64,000 nucleotides of DNA from NCBI GenBank assembly GCA_004022145.1, contig RCNU01000012.1, one strand, 5' to 3'. The translations under genes and the position numbers were made by a program. The notes beneath the pieces are model-generated. The model searched no databases. It was not told where the DNA came from and worked only from the letters and a program-made list of their open reading frames with translations. Origin of the DNA: Paecilomyces variotii. Lineage: Eukaryota. Within the stretch, counting starts at the first letter, position 1; each line of letters opens with the position of its first letter. This document shows positions 1-13,596 of this stretch, one piece after another.

Positions 1-442
1 GACGACTGCGAGCGGGGTCGATTGGATCTTGATGTCGCGGGGAGTTACTCGCGCAATGACGCTTTCAAGTTAACTGTGGAAGGGCTGAGTTTGGATCCGC
101 CTCCTTTTTAGGAATGTGTGTCCTTCTTTCCTTCATGTAGGCAGTTGGTCTATGTTGAAGCTAGGCACGTATATGTACATATGTTTTATGTTCAGTACGT
201 GTGTGAAATTATGAAGAAAACGGCTTTCTAAAGAGCTATATAATGCGCTGCACAAAATATCAACAAGTTCATAAACCCAGACAATAGACGTGAGCTTTGC
301 ACGTTCATACTGTCATATCTCGGACATTTCACATCCACCCATCATCATGAATATGATCTAACACCTCCTGGGCATAAGCTACCAATGAGGACGGTCTCCA
401 GTAAATAACTGCCTTCACATCAAAAAGAGAGAGAATTGACTA

Positions 443-3165
443 TCATTCGAGGGGATAAACAGGAGCTTTGAGAAGCACACTTGTCGGGCCCTTGCCTCTT
501 ACTTCAACAGCCAGGAAAGATGCGAACCGTATTCGTGTGGCTGAACAACTCTCATTCTTTTCAGACTCGCCCTGGTCCTTTGTTTCTTTCGCTACTATCG
601 AGTTTGAGCGACTGGAAGCTTCTTGCTGGGGCTGAGCCGGTCCAGCGGCAGCCGCAGTAGGTTTCCTTCCCATCAAGCCCCCCAACACAGATCTCTTTCT
701 CTGCTCTCTGATGGGTGGCATATTCTGCTGCGACGATTGCTGGGCCGCAGAGGAGGCGTCAGCACTATAGTTTGCAGACAAAGATTCATTGTCATCTCTG
801 GTGTTGCCGGCATCTTCTCCATCATTCTGGCCATCTCCTTGAGCATCGTTCGCAGAGGGTCCCTGAGTATTAACTGACTCGAGTTTTGGATTTTTTAAGG
901 GCGGAAGTGTCGTCTCCACTTTCATGTGAGTGTCATTGATCAGCGACCCCGGCGCGAAATATTCAATCCAGACGTCGCGAGATTCGAACGGAATCTTCTC
1001 AGCGATACCTACTGCATTCTCCACAATATTTCTTCCTGAACTATCCAATCCCGGGGGTGGAGGCTCGTTCAAATGCATCTCGAGGCTGGCAACCAACTTC
1101 TCCACTAGATGATCGATGAGGCGGGTGCGGTTTTCTTCCGCGGCCTTGCCTTGTAAAGCATCCTGGAGACCGTCCAGGGTTGTGCGGCGCCAATTCGAAA
1201 TCCTCGCAATGATGTTCTCCTTGTCCTCTTCTGTATACGTCTTGACACTCTGTCGCCGGATATTTGCCTCGATGTTCTTGAGCTGGGCACTCAAGGTCGG
1301 CTCGATGGAGGGATGAAAGTGCCGTTCGAACAGCTCATCAACCAGCCAGCGAGTAATTACCGCGCGTCCGACAGCGGTCATCTCCTTTGTGCCTACAGTG
1401 TGCGCATCCTCGTTCACGTATGGTTGTAGCCAAGTCGGAATGCTCTTCCAATCTTTCCTGGTAGAAAACGCAAGGTCTTTAATGGCTCCGTCGAGGCGAG
1501 TGAAACGGTTGGTGTATTCATTATCATCCAAAACTGTCCGCGAGGCAGCCATTCGCTGATGTGCTACAGTATTTTGGAGCTGTTGGACCTGGTTTTCCTT
1601 TTCGAAATAGTACCTTTTCACTTTTTGGTACTTTGCATCTGTCAGACAAGGCTCGTTAGCAATAAAGAGCGACGACTGCAGACCGGGATTTCTAATGACA
1701 TACGAAGTTCCTCATGTTTCTGTAGTAAGGCCCTCACATCTACCTCGGCGAGATCATCACGACTTTTGCTTTGAGGAGGCGGTGTCTCTCGGCCCTGCTC
1801 CTGAATATTCTGCTGGGACATCTCGCTCTTAAGACTGGGACCTTGGGCGGGAGCACCCGTACTCTGCACATAGAGTGACTGCGCACTGCCCTGGTTGTCA
1901 CTAACTTGGCCCTGTTGTTGGGCGGATTCTGTGGGCTGTCTCATGCTAGCAGATCGCTCCGCGGGGCTCATTCCTCCTTGATGTGGCGGCTGGGTGATGG
2001 GCTGTAATAACTGCCGGGGCACCTGATTCTGTTGTTTGGTATCAGATTGATGCCACTGGAAGACGGGAGAAGGCGGACCATAAGACTGCTGCGAAGGCGG
2101 CCGCTGTGCTGTACCAGGATCCGGTTGGGAGGAGTTACGTCTGTACATAGAGAATGGGTCTTGGGGTATCTGGGCTTGGTGCGGGCTGTGCTTGATGGAA
2201 GAATCACTTGGAGAATACTGTATGGCTCTAAACAGAGGCTGCTGGGGTGATGACTGCCTTAGATCCTCTGGGTTCTGAGGCAAGCGACGTGGGCTCACCT
2301 GGCTGTGAAACGAGTCGTTGGCGACCCGCTGTTGGTAGAAACTCCCCGTGTTGATCGGTTCTGTATTCACACGCTGGATTGATGGATACTCGCGCCGAGT
2401 GGGAGATTGAGATGGCTGAGGGTATCTATTGGCAGCAGGTTGTCCGTATGGAGTCTGGCCTTGAGGGGACCCAGTTGACATATGTTGCATCTGTAACTCT
2501 GGATTCGATGGGTTCCAAGCTTCTTTGTTCAGCTTCGCAGCAGTAGATTCGTCATCCCTTCCTGAAGCGCCCCCGTCGCTTGTAATCGACTGCTGCGAAA
2601 CGTTCTGGTGTTGCGGATTGGACTGTTGTCGCGGGGAGCCGCCTTTGCGCTTTACAGAGATGTTGCGTCCCAAGAAAGTGCCCTCGTCTCTCGAAGATGA
2701 ATGCCGTCCGAATATTCCCTTCTTCAATTTCCGCGATTCCCGATCGCTTCTGGGAGTTTCAGGCACGGGTGCTGGTAAAGGCCACGACTGCTCCGCGGTG
2801 CTCTGGGTAAAGGCGTCAGCATCGAAGCTCGCAGCGACGGCTAGGGGAGTCGGAGGTACCAAGTTGATAACCGTCGGTTTTGCTGAAGAGACAGAGTTGC
2901 GAGACGCCCTTGAGCTGTCGCCCGGATGATCCTGGTATGTCTGAGACTGCGAAGGCTCGTGGTACGAGAATCGTTGACGGGAGAATTGACGCTGCTGGTA
3001 TGAAGAGTCCTCGTCGTCCTTGTAGTGATCGCCAGCGGGCGGTGGGAAGGCGGGGTGTTGACGATTCCCCGGCGCTTCGACAAGCAACTCCCCGTGGGAA
3101 CGCGCGCGCGATCGTTCAACAGAGGCCTCGGCGGCGTGCGACTTGTTTCTTCTGAAAAATTGCAT
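443..3165 (-). CDS. Conserved fungal hypothetical protein with a long Gln/Pro/Ser-rich disordered N-terminus, a coiled coil and a C-terminal domain; 2 exons
   Basis: ATG at 3165 (MQFFRRNKSH). A GTATGT..GCTAAC..CAG intron at 1703-1639 joins the ORFs 1642..3261 and 443..1621 in frame (..HEEL-H-AKYQKVKRYYFEKE..). Confidence 0.8.
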
Positions 3166-4821
3166 GGAATCAATCTCCGCCCAAACCCCAGGGACGAGGA
3201 ATGAGGATGGACAGTGCAGAATGGGGCCGGCACGCGCAGATGTCCCCTTCGAAGGATTCACAACGGTCGAAGCGGCAACTCGGGCGCGCCGCGGAGAGAA
3301 TGAGCGTCGATAGTCTGGCTAAATATAGGACTTGCTACCTAAGTTGGCGTTCTGGGATGAATGCAGGTCGCTTGTCTGGGTACATCCAGGACGATCAACA
3401 TCGCTTTCACCTCATGTCTTTGAGCGATCGCACGGCAATGAGCATTCCAGGAAGGAGAGACAATGCCATTGCGAATATCAAGAGAGATGAGATGAGAAGA
3501 AAAAGGTTCTAGTCTCTCGCGAGTGGTGACCAAGCAAGCGATCACCGATATATGGTAGACATCACAAGTACAGAGTACTGTCCACTAAGATGCTGAGAGA
3601 CTGTCTACTGTCCTCTCCGCGCGGCCCCCTTTCACTCAGCACATAAGACGAACTCTGACGAAGGCTATAGCTACTTCATTAGCTGCGTTAACCGGAGCAA
3701 AATGGCCCCATTGGCGAGGAGAGCTCACCAAATGGACACTCATTTCTCTTTCAGCTCCCACGGCTGACATCCAGCGAATACGAGCATGAACTAAGGACCC
3801 CTCAGCGGCTAACCGTGGCTGTGCCACGAAATTCACATTCACTGTTAGCTCAAGTAGCGACTATCGAGCGAGAGTGAAATGGTCATTGAGAGCCAGCATA
3901 CAATCTTATTATCATTTTCTAGCTCTGTTCCCGAGTATCGCTTGGTGTGATAGACTATGGATCGATCAATGAGCATGGTTCCATGGTTACGGTACTTAGG
4001 TGCCAGACCTACGAAGAACTAATGAGCCTGTCAGGGTCACAGCTTTAACGCGAAGATTGACCTCGAGTACTTCAATATGATCAACTGCATATGCAGACTT
4101 CATTCAGCTGCTGCAAGGTAAATCTCCTTGTCAATTCACCCTGCCATTGGAATTTGGCAGACCACAATTCTAGACCTGCCATATTTGCTTAGAAGCATGT
4201 CAGCATGTCTTTATCTATGCCAGGTTTAATCAAACAGTTACATTGGAAAGATATTTCATGAGATCCCGTCAAAGATGCTCCACATTCTTGCCTATCTACT
4301 TCTCTAATGGGAGGATGCGCATAACACTGCTTGATGCTATCAACAATCCAGAGCCTGATAGGCCTAGATAAGCTCCTCGATCTCAGTGCTGCTTCTCGAA
4401 TACTGGGAGAACATCAGTATTGCCACTTGCTAGCATGGTCCGTGATTACTTTCGAAGCATGAAAGGTACAACATCCAGGATACGGAATCGAATGCCTGCA
4501 TCTGCGATCGACATCGCAGCCTGAAGAATGGGGAAGGCATTCCACTTCATATCTGTTAGAAAGAGCATAGATTTCCTTCTCCAGATAAATGCTTATTTGA
4601 CTAATTCTATGTTCTTTACAGCATTTGGAATAGTATTCAAACCCACTCTATTCCGGACAGATAATGTTCTCTGTAAGAAGATCCCTAAAAGCCACACCTC
4701 ACAGATAGATGCTAGTCTAGTAGTATCCTTTCCTTGTGTAGCTCAGCAACAAAATCCCGTGATCGTCCGATCTCGTTTCCATTGCCTACGTCGGCCTTCT
4801 AGAAATAATAACTAAGTTAAG

Positions 4822-4960
4822 TGTTACGGAATCAGCAGGCATAGCCCGGGTACGTCAGTACATCACGTGTAGCTAGCATATATTAGCTATTCCCCTTCGT
4901 AGGAATAGACAATTATCTTTTATCTCCTAATTTTATCCAAATCATTAGGATTCATCAATA
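4822..4960 (+). repeat. 5' LTR of outer element (139 bp)
   Basis: Aligns without gaps to 20871-21009 with 18 differences, all C/T or G/A transitions. Confidence 0.95.
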
Positions 4961-4962
4961 AA

Positions 4963-4975
4963 TGGTAGCATGTCC
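4963..4975 (+). promoter_or_regulatory. Primer-binding site of outer element (TGGTAGCATGTCC), probably for initiator tRNA-Met
   Basis: Lies 2 nt after the LTR end. Begins with TGG, complementary to the tRNA CCA end, and TGGTAGC matches the fungal iMet acceptor-end pattern. Confidence 0.7.
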
Positions 4976-6922
4976 CATTAATCCAGGCATTTCTAATTAT
5001 AAACCATTATTCTCTTATGCTTTAAGATTATCGCAGGGCTTTCCTGCTGTCTTATTAAAAGCTAGGTTAATTATCATAATTAATACTGCTAGTATCCCTC
5101 CTCGCTAACTGCACTATATCTACCTTATTAAGATCTTATCAAATACTATTAATATTATTATCAGTTAAGCTCTAGAAACCTTATATAATCAGTCTATTAT
5201 TATATCTATTATTTTGTCTAAGTTCTATTATCTTATTAACTAAAGCCCTTGCTAGCTATTCTATAGTTAAGTTATACCTTAACACTATAGTGGCATCATT
5301 TTTTATTATTTTTTTTATCTCCTATATTATTTTTTATCTCCTTTTAGACCTATATTAACTTATTAGTATTCTACTAAGTACTAATAATAGAACTTATACT
5401 AGAGATTTCCTTACTATCTATTATAATCGAGATTGCTTATTAAATTACTATATTTCGCCGGGTAGAATTGCCCTAAAAGAATAAGTTTAACTATAATACT
5501 ATTAACCTAGTTAACTTTATTATATCCTTCTATAAGAACCCTAAGCTAAGTTAGGATAAACTAAGATTAGCATTATTTGCGTCTGTAGATCAGCTCTTAT
5601 AGATTCTTCTAACCTAGTAAAGTAAGGATCAGACTTAGGCTATATGCGCTTACCTCGATTATCTCGCTAATAGAGAATAGATAGTAGTTTAAACGGAAAT
5701 AGTATAATAAATCTAGTATTTAAAAATAGCCCCAGTTAAGCTTTTATAAAAGGTGCGATTATATATAAGGAGAAAATACCTATAAAAATTCCTATACCTA
5801 TACAATTAGGTTATTAATTAATTAGCCCTTAATTATACTATTAAGAATTTTCTACACTTAATTATTAAGCTAGCTAAATCTCTTATATTTTTATATTAAT
5901 AGAGAGAAATACCTAGAGAAGCTTATAATAAGCCGTTATAACTATTAGGACGGGCACTATAGATATAATATTATATCCTATAGGCTCTAGATACTGCCCG
6001 CTCTTAACAGTTAGTATAGTTAGAACTAGAGTATTAGTTATTACTATTTAGTGCTCCTCTATAATAGCAGCGAGATAGCTAAGGCAATGCTAATAAATTA
6101 ATATTACTATTAGTGCTATTACTATAATTATTAGGATTAGACCTACTAATAACTATTATATATAAGCTCTTATAATTAGATTCTACTAGTAATAAGAAGG
6201 GCAAATCTAAGATAGCTAAATTAAGATTAAGCCAGGGCTCTTTTAGCTATACTAACAACATATCCTATACTATAGCCTCTTCTCTAAATACTAATGCCTT
6301 AATAATATAATTACTGGAGAAGTTAATAACCTAAAATAAGTAAATTCTAGCCTAACTAGGAGAAATAATATACAATAATAATAATAATAATTAGGGTATA
6401 AGAAATATAGAAGATAATAATAAAAGTAAAAACAGATAATATATTATATTGCTATAAGATTTACCACAGCTATTTAATATAATAAGCTCCTTATTATAGA
6501 GATAAGAAGCACTAGGGTACTTCTATTTAAACCTTAAAGATATAGAGTATATAAGTACTAGTGCTATAGTTATAATAGGAGGTTAAACCTATTACCGCGA
6601 TATTAATATATTTATTAAATAAATCTATAACCTCACTATAGTCTATAGTAAAGCTGAGGTTAGGCCTCGTATCTAAGCTTTACTTTATAGACTTATATTA
6701 TTATAATATACTGTTAAACTAACTGATTTTAAATGCGAAGCTCTATATAAATATAATATTAAATAAGGATAGATTAAGCTGCTTATAAAGCGTTTCTGCC
6801 TTAATACTACTACAGCTATATAAGATTTAGAATAACTGCAATATAATATAATAGATATTATCGCCAAATCTATACCTTAAGCCTTTCTCTAATAGGTTAT
6901 CAGATTATTAAGAGCAGCTAGA

Positions 6923-7354
6923 TGTTATGCCCCTAGCCCCCCGCTAGGGCATGAGCTCGCAGGACTGCAGCGAAGCCCCAAATCTAAACGTAATGCCGAG
7001 GTAATCAGTTAAACCCCGCTCTCCCCGCTTTCAGGATTTATATAAGACAAAGCTGGGAAGTGCTTGAGATTTAGAATATAAACAGGCTCTAAATTACTGT
7101 CTTACTAAAAGCCAGCGATCTGTTCTAATATAATATATACCCTATTATTTCCTTACTTGTATAGACTCTTTACTATTAGAACCCTCCGGCGTAAACCCTT
7201 TTTTATACCGGTTAGATTCTTTATTATAACAGTTAACCCTTTATCTCGCTGGTAGACCCTTCTTTAAGCTAGGTGTGCAAAGCTGCTATCTCTCTTGCTA
7301 TAATTGCTAGCAAAGTAATTTGTTAGCAATCCCTAAGAACCCCTATTTTTTATA
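6923..7354 (+). repeat. 5' LTR of inner element (432 bp)
   Basis: Starts TGTTATG right after TSD CTAGA; collinear with 14012-14443, differing by transitions. Confidence 0.95.
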
Positions 7355-7439
7355 GTTTAGATCGCTTATCTTAGCAATATAAGTAGCAGTATCAATATAC
7401 CCTATGATTTAGGGGATAAGGGTCTTAGCGCTTAGCCTA

Positions 7440-10400
7440 TAGTGTATACTCTGAAGGGTTTAGAGAGTGCTGAACCTAGCTTACAGTAACTAATTGCTGA
7501 AGCTAGCTTGCAAATCCTAGGAGATACTCTAACAGGCCTAGGGATAGAGTAAGCTTAAACGGAAGATAAACTATTAATAAAGAGAGACCTTTTATAGCTT
7601 CTCGCCGCTAATTATATTAATAAGCAGCTAAAGCTTAAGCTGCCAGAACTGTAGAGATATAAAGCTACTATACTTAATACCTATTACCAGTAGTACTAGT
7701 ATATAGATAAATACTTAGCTTATAATGCTTTATTATTTAAAGATAAAGCTAAGAAGGTTACTTATACTGCAGTATTATTAGATAGAGAACTAGCTTAGTC
7801 TTAAATCTATTAATAAGAGGATCCTAACTTCTAGATGCTAACCTAGGAAGAATTTAAGGGTTAGTTATTAGATTTGCTTAATAATCTATATTACTAAGGA
7901 TAGAATGCAATAAACCACTTTTATATCTTAATCTAATATCCTAATTAAACTGCCCGAGCTTTCTTACACTATTTTAAGCAGGCTTAAGCAGAGTTAAATT
8001 AGGGTAAAGGGTTTAATAATAATAGAATTATCTGATCTTATATCTTCTACGCGAAACTCCGACCTAAGATTTAGATAAAGTTATTAAACTATTAAGACCT
8101 TCTAATAAACCTTAATTAATTAGCGTTTTTAGCTACTAATTAGGAGATAAACCAGAAGAAGAATAAGATTATAAGTTAACCTACTCTGCTAAATATAAGT
8201 AGATTAATATAAAATGCGCTAAAAGACTCCCCCCTAGGGTAAAAGAGAAAGAAGATTAATAATTAGCGTGCGGAGCTAACTAAACCCTAAAAAAAGAAGA
8301 AGTTTAAATTACTAGTAGAATAAGATTAGCTTAAAAAAGAAGGCTACTGCTTTAACTATAGCAAAATAGGCTATATATAAGGATCTAAATTATACCTAAA
8401 AAAGAAAGACCCCTCTAAGAAAAAAAAATCTAAAACTATTATAGCTTTTTGCGATAAAGGGTTTAAGCTAGAGGAAGAATCTTTATATATCTTAATATAA
8501 CTGCACCTTCCTAACAATATATTTAAAAATAAGGCCTTTATTAATTCTGGATTAGCCCGCTGTTATATTAGCCTAGATATAGCTATATATTATAGAATTC
8601 TTTTAAACTTCTAGCAGTATATAAACTTTAAATCTATTAATAAATATAAAATTCAGAAGTATAGATTATTTAAAGCAGAGATCTATATTATTAATTCTAA
8701 AGGAATAATAGAGAAGATAAAGGTATGCTTTTATATTATCTTAATGCCTAGATTAAATATTATCCTTAGGAAACTATAGCTATATACTATAAATCCTATT
8801 ATAAATTAGGAGTTAATAACTTAGAGATATTATATTTTATATTAGCTATAGGTAAAGATTAAAAGTACTTAATAATTCTCTAAGATAGCAAGAGAAGAGA
8901 TAATCTATATATTTTATAGGGACTGAATTAACCCTATTGCTCCTAAAAACCTACCTCCAAAATATAAAAAGTATACTAAGGTTTTCTTAGAGAAGGGTGC
9001 AAGCATATTACCCGCTAAGACAGGTAAACATAAGATTAAACTTCTAGATAATAAGGCGCCTTTATAGAGTAGACTTTATAACCTTTCTGCTAAAGAATTA
9101 GATATTTTATATAAATATCTTAAAGACATATAATAAAAGAGTTAGATATAACTATTAACTAGTCCTGCAGAGGTATTTATTCTATTTATTCTAAAGGCAA
9201 ATAGTATGCTAAGGCTCTATATTAACTATAGAGCTTTAAACAGTATTACTATAAAAAATAGATATTCTTTGCTTAGGGTAGATAAAATGCTTAACTGATT
9301 AATTAACTCTAAAATCTTTATTAAGCTTAATCTTAGAGATACCTATTATTAGATTCGAATTCGCTAAGGAGATAAATAGAAGATAGCCTTCTAAACCTAT
9401 TATAAATACTTTAAATACTTAGTAATACTATTTAGCCTGTATAATATGCCTGCTACTTTTTAAGCTTATATTAATTAGGTATTGCAGGGGTTATTAAATA
9501 TCTGTTATATTATGTATTTAGATAATATCTTAATCTTCTCTAACTTTATTAAGGAATATAAGAGATATATAGTATAAGTCCTGGAGAGGCTATAAAAGTA
9601 TAAATTATATATAAAGTTATCTAAATATAAATTTTATAAGGAAAGAGTTAAATTCCTTAGTTTTTTTATAGGAAAAGATAGAGTAGAAATAGATTTTAGC
9701 AGAATAAAAACTATTAGAGACTAGCCGGAGCTTAAATCCTTTAAGGAAGTCTAAGTCTTCTTAGGATTTGCCAGTTTCTTTAGAAGGTTTATCTATAACT
9801 ATTTTATAAAGATAGCTCCCTTAACTAGTCTATTAAAAGAAAGTATCCGGGGGAAGAAAATTAGGATATTTATTTAGACTAAAGAAGCTATAAAGGCGTT
9901 TAATAAGCTGAAATTAGCTTTTATAACTCTGCCAGTATTAAGGCACTTTAATCTAGAGAAGCTAATAATACTAGCAACTAATATCTTAAGATTTACCCTT
10001 GCTATTATATTCTTTTAGGGAGATAGTAATAAGATAGCTTCGGGCGCTAAGTTAGAGATAAGTCTGAGAATTAGAACCTAAATAAATTAATAAACTATAT
10101 TTAAGAATTGGCATTTTGTAATATATTATGCCTAAAAGTTTATTAAAATAGAGGCATACTATAAGGTCTACAATTAAGAACTTCTAGCTATTATTAATGC
10201 TTTTAAACATTAGTATTATTACTTAGAAGGTAGTAAATACCCTATATAGGTATAGAGCGACTACGCGAACTTGCGCTATTTCTTTATTATAAAGATATTA
10301 AATAATAGATAAGCTTAGTAGGCAGAACTATTAGTAGTATATAACTTTTAAATTAAATATAAGCCGAAATAGCTTAATACTACAGATGCTCTATTTAAAA

Positions 10401-12130
10401 GGGTAGATTTTAAACTATCTAAATCTAAATCCCAGATAGAATTACTTCTAATCCTCTAGAAAAAGCTTTAGTATAAAACTTAGAATAAGTATATATAAGA
10501 AAGCAGTTTAAAGCATAAACTTGTTAAAACGGGCGGTATAGGTAGTCTAAAATACCTAGTATAAAGAATACTAGTTATTAGGGCAATTAGAGAAGAGTTT
10601 ATTTAGGATACTATAACTCCTAGCTTACTCTTTATATTAAAACAGCTTTAAACAAAAGATACCTTTATCTTAGAGAAAACTAGGGAACTGAAAATATATA
10701 CTCCTAGAGATAGCTTAGAGATAGTATAGAAAATAGATAGTAAAGGACTATTATAAAAGGGTAATACTATATTTATATTAGATATACTCACTATAAAATA
10801 AGAGCTCCTTTAAATATATTATAATAACCTTTATATAGGGCATTAAGGTATTAAGAAGACTAAAGAGCTGTTTTAAAGAAGATTTAACTAGCCTAAAATA
10901 GCACAGGATATATAGGAATATATATCTATATATAATATCTGCCAGAGAAACTAAACTTTATAGCATAGGCTATATAGAGAGCTAAAATCTCTGCTAATCC
11001 TAGCGCAGCTATAGCAGAGTATTTTAATAGATTTTATAATAGGACTATTGCTGTTAGAGAAATAGAGAGTTATCTATAATTTAATATTGGTAATTATAGA
11101 CCGCTATTTAAAGATAGCGCTTTATATCTCTATCTATAAAATATTAAAGGCGGATAAGATAGCTAACCTTATTATAAATTATATTTATAACCGCTTTAAA
11201 TCTCTATAGTTAATTATATTAGATAAAGGGGCACTGTTTACTAATAAATATTAGACAGAACTTTACTATTGTATTTAAATTATTAGACTTCTAAGTATTG
11301 TATTCTACCCCTAGACTAATAGCCAGACTAAAAGGCAGAACTAGATGCTAAAGTATTATCTCTGGGTCTACTCAAACTATAAGTAAGATAATTAGGTATT
11401 CTTATTAATTATAGCGGAGTTTATATATAATAATTTAATCTATGCTTTTATAAATATAACTCTCTTCTACGTTATTTATAGATTTAACCCTAAGAGTTAG
11501 GATAAATATAACTCTAGGAAGCGAACAGATATACTAGCAGTTAATAATTAATTAAAGGAGCTTACTAAAATACGCGCCTAATTAGAAGAATTCTTCTAAA
11601 AGGCTATTACTGCGCAATAGAAGCATTATAATAAGAAGTATAAGCCTAGATCCTATATAGTAGGAGACCGAGTCTGCCTTTTAATAAAGAACTTAAAGAT
11701 AGATCAACCGATTAAGAAACTAGATATAAAATATTTAGGACCTTATAAAGTTATAGAGAGAATTAAAATTTAAGCCTATTAGCTTAGGCTTCTAAAGAGC
11801 CTAGGCAGAATATATTTAGTCTTCTATATCTCCTTATTAGAGCCCTACTATTAGAGACTAGGGGCTAAACCTAAGTATTTAGACTTAATCTTAGTAGATA
11901 ATAAACTAGAATAAGAGATTAAAGCTATTCTAAATAAATAGATAATATAGGGGAAGAAGCAATATTTAATTAAATAGAAGGGCTATTTAGATTATAAAAA
12001 TTTATAGCAGCTTAAGGAGGATCTTAAGCATATCTAAGATATACTAGCTAAATTTAAGGTAATAGTATAAGCTATTAATAAGACCTCTTTAAGAAGGGCT
12101 TTAAGAAGCTCTAGAAAAAGGAGTCGATAA
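7440..12130 (+). pseudogene. gag-pol of inner element, RIP-degraded
   Basis: Gag, zinc knuckle, protease, RT, RNase H, integrase and chromodomain motifs occur in Gypsy order, with numerous TAA/TAG stops. End points are approximate. Confidence 0.85.
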
Positions 12131-12344
12131 AATTAGTAAGATTTCTCTTTTTTCCTATTAGGTTTATAGGTTTTACTTAATTATTTTATTATTAAATTTA
12201 TATTACTCTTTCTCTATTTATCTATTTATAAAGGTTTAGGAGTTTTAATAAGGATATAAGAAGCTAGTCTATCTAGAAATAAATTTATTTTAACCGGGCT
12301 ACCCCTAGCAGGAACTAAAAATATAGGCCTAAGATTAATCCCCC

Positions 12345-13596
12345 CTATTTATCTACTTTACTGTTATAGAACCCTATTAGCATAGATTTATCCTCCTCCT
12401 TATTAGAGAAAGGAGGAATATTATAAGTAATATATATAATTTCTTATATGCGCTGCAGATTTAATACTATTAAATAGAGTAATCTAAGTAACTCTTGCTA
12501 GAGCTATATTATAGATTATTTATATGAAGATAGGGTTAATAGGATAGTAGATATAAGCTTATCTATATCTGCCTTAGTAAGTGCTTTGCGCAGGTATATC
12601 TCTATAGAGGATTTATATTTATTATAGGTCTCCTTAAAAGACCTGTAGTTACTTAAGAGATAGGCCTCTTAGTTAAGGCTCTATAGATAAATAAGCTTAT
12701 TCTTATAAATTAATAAGACTAGAATATAGGGCTTATACTTGCAATTATAATAATTATACTTAATATTAATATTAGCACAGGTATATTAAAGTGCCAGATT
12801 CTTAATTAGCCCCTTTAAACAGTAAAGGCATATCTTTTAAGATATTAGAGAAAACTTCTTACCTGGCTGGGAAGTAATAGAGCTATTTTTTATTATTATA
12901 TTAGTAATAGCAATAGCAGTAATCTTAACTAGCATTTTAATAATAGCTAGTTTAGTCTAGGTCCCTATACTAATAACCTCCTTACGCCCTATACTTTATT
13001 TTTAGGGCCTTTTTATAGTATAAGCGGGAGTTATCCTTAGCTTAATTATAGCGGCTAGCCTAGTAATAGGATAAGTCCTCTTTCTCTTTAATAAGCTTTT
13101 CAGTGCTACTATTAAGTTAGATAGATCTGCCTATATAATAGCTAAGACTATAAAAAAAGGCTAATCTAGTAGAGGTATAAATCTTCTATACCTTAATTCT
13201 AATGTAATATTTATCTTAGCTAATAGATCCTTTATAGGACCTAGGGTAAATAGAGACATTAACCTATTAATAGCTATAAAAGGGATAATACTTATTTAAG
13301 GAGGCGGTTTCTCTAGCATTATAATAATAGCTAAAGTCCCTAATATCTTAGCAATAATTAAGGGATTATTTTCCGGTATTATAGTAGTAACTAGATTTAG
13401 CTATATTATAATAACAGCAGCTATATCCTCTGTCTTAAAGGCAGGAAGAGGGGATAGCTCCCCGGAGGGGGAGGTAATATTCTTAGGCTATTAATACTAT
13501 AGAAATTAATATATAATATATAAAATCTCGCACTAGAATACTTACTTAAGGAATCTTTTTATATTACTTAGATATAAAATAAATTTAGGGCGGCAT
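12345..13596 (-). pseudogene. Antisense accessory gene of the inner retrotransposon: spliced, about 400 codons, with a KRKR motif and a Zn2Cys6-like motif; RIP-degraded
   Basis: ATG CCG CCC at 13596, a GTAAGT..TAG intron at 13545-13497 (phase 0), and an upstream GTAAGT..GCTAAT..TAG intron at 13646-13600. One frame continues to about 12345 with only TAA/TAG stops. It reads CLYCLK..*YTC..KYNYYNCKYKPYILV at about 12830-12720. Confidence 0.7.

Noticed and set aside
12801-12862. Apparent minus-strand intron (GTAAG..GCTAAT..AAG) within the antisense gene
   Set aside because: Splicing it shifts into a stop-rich frame and removes the first CxxC. Reading through keeps the frame and the Cys motif.
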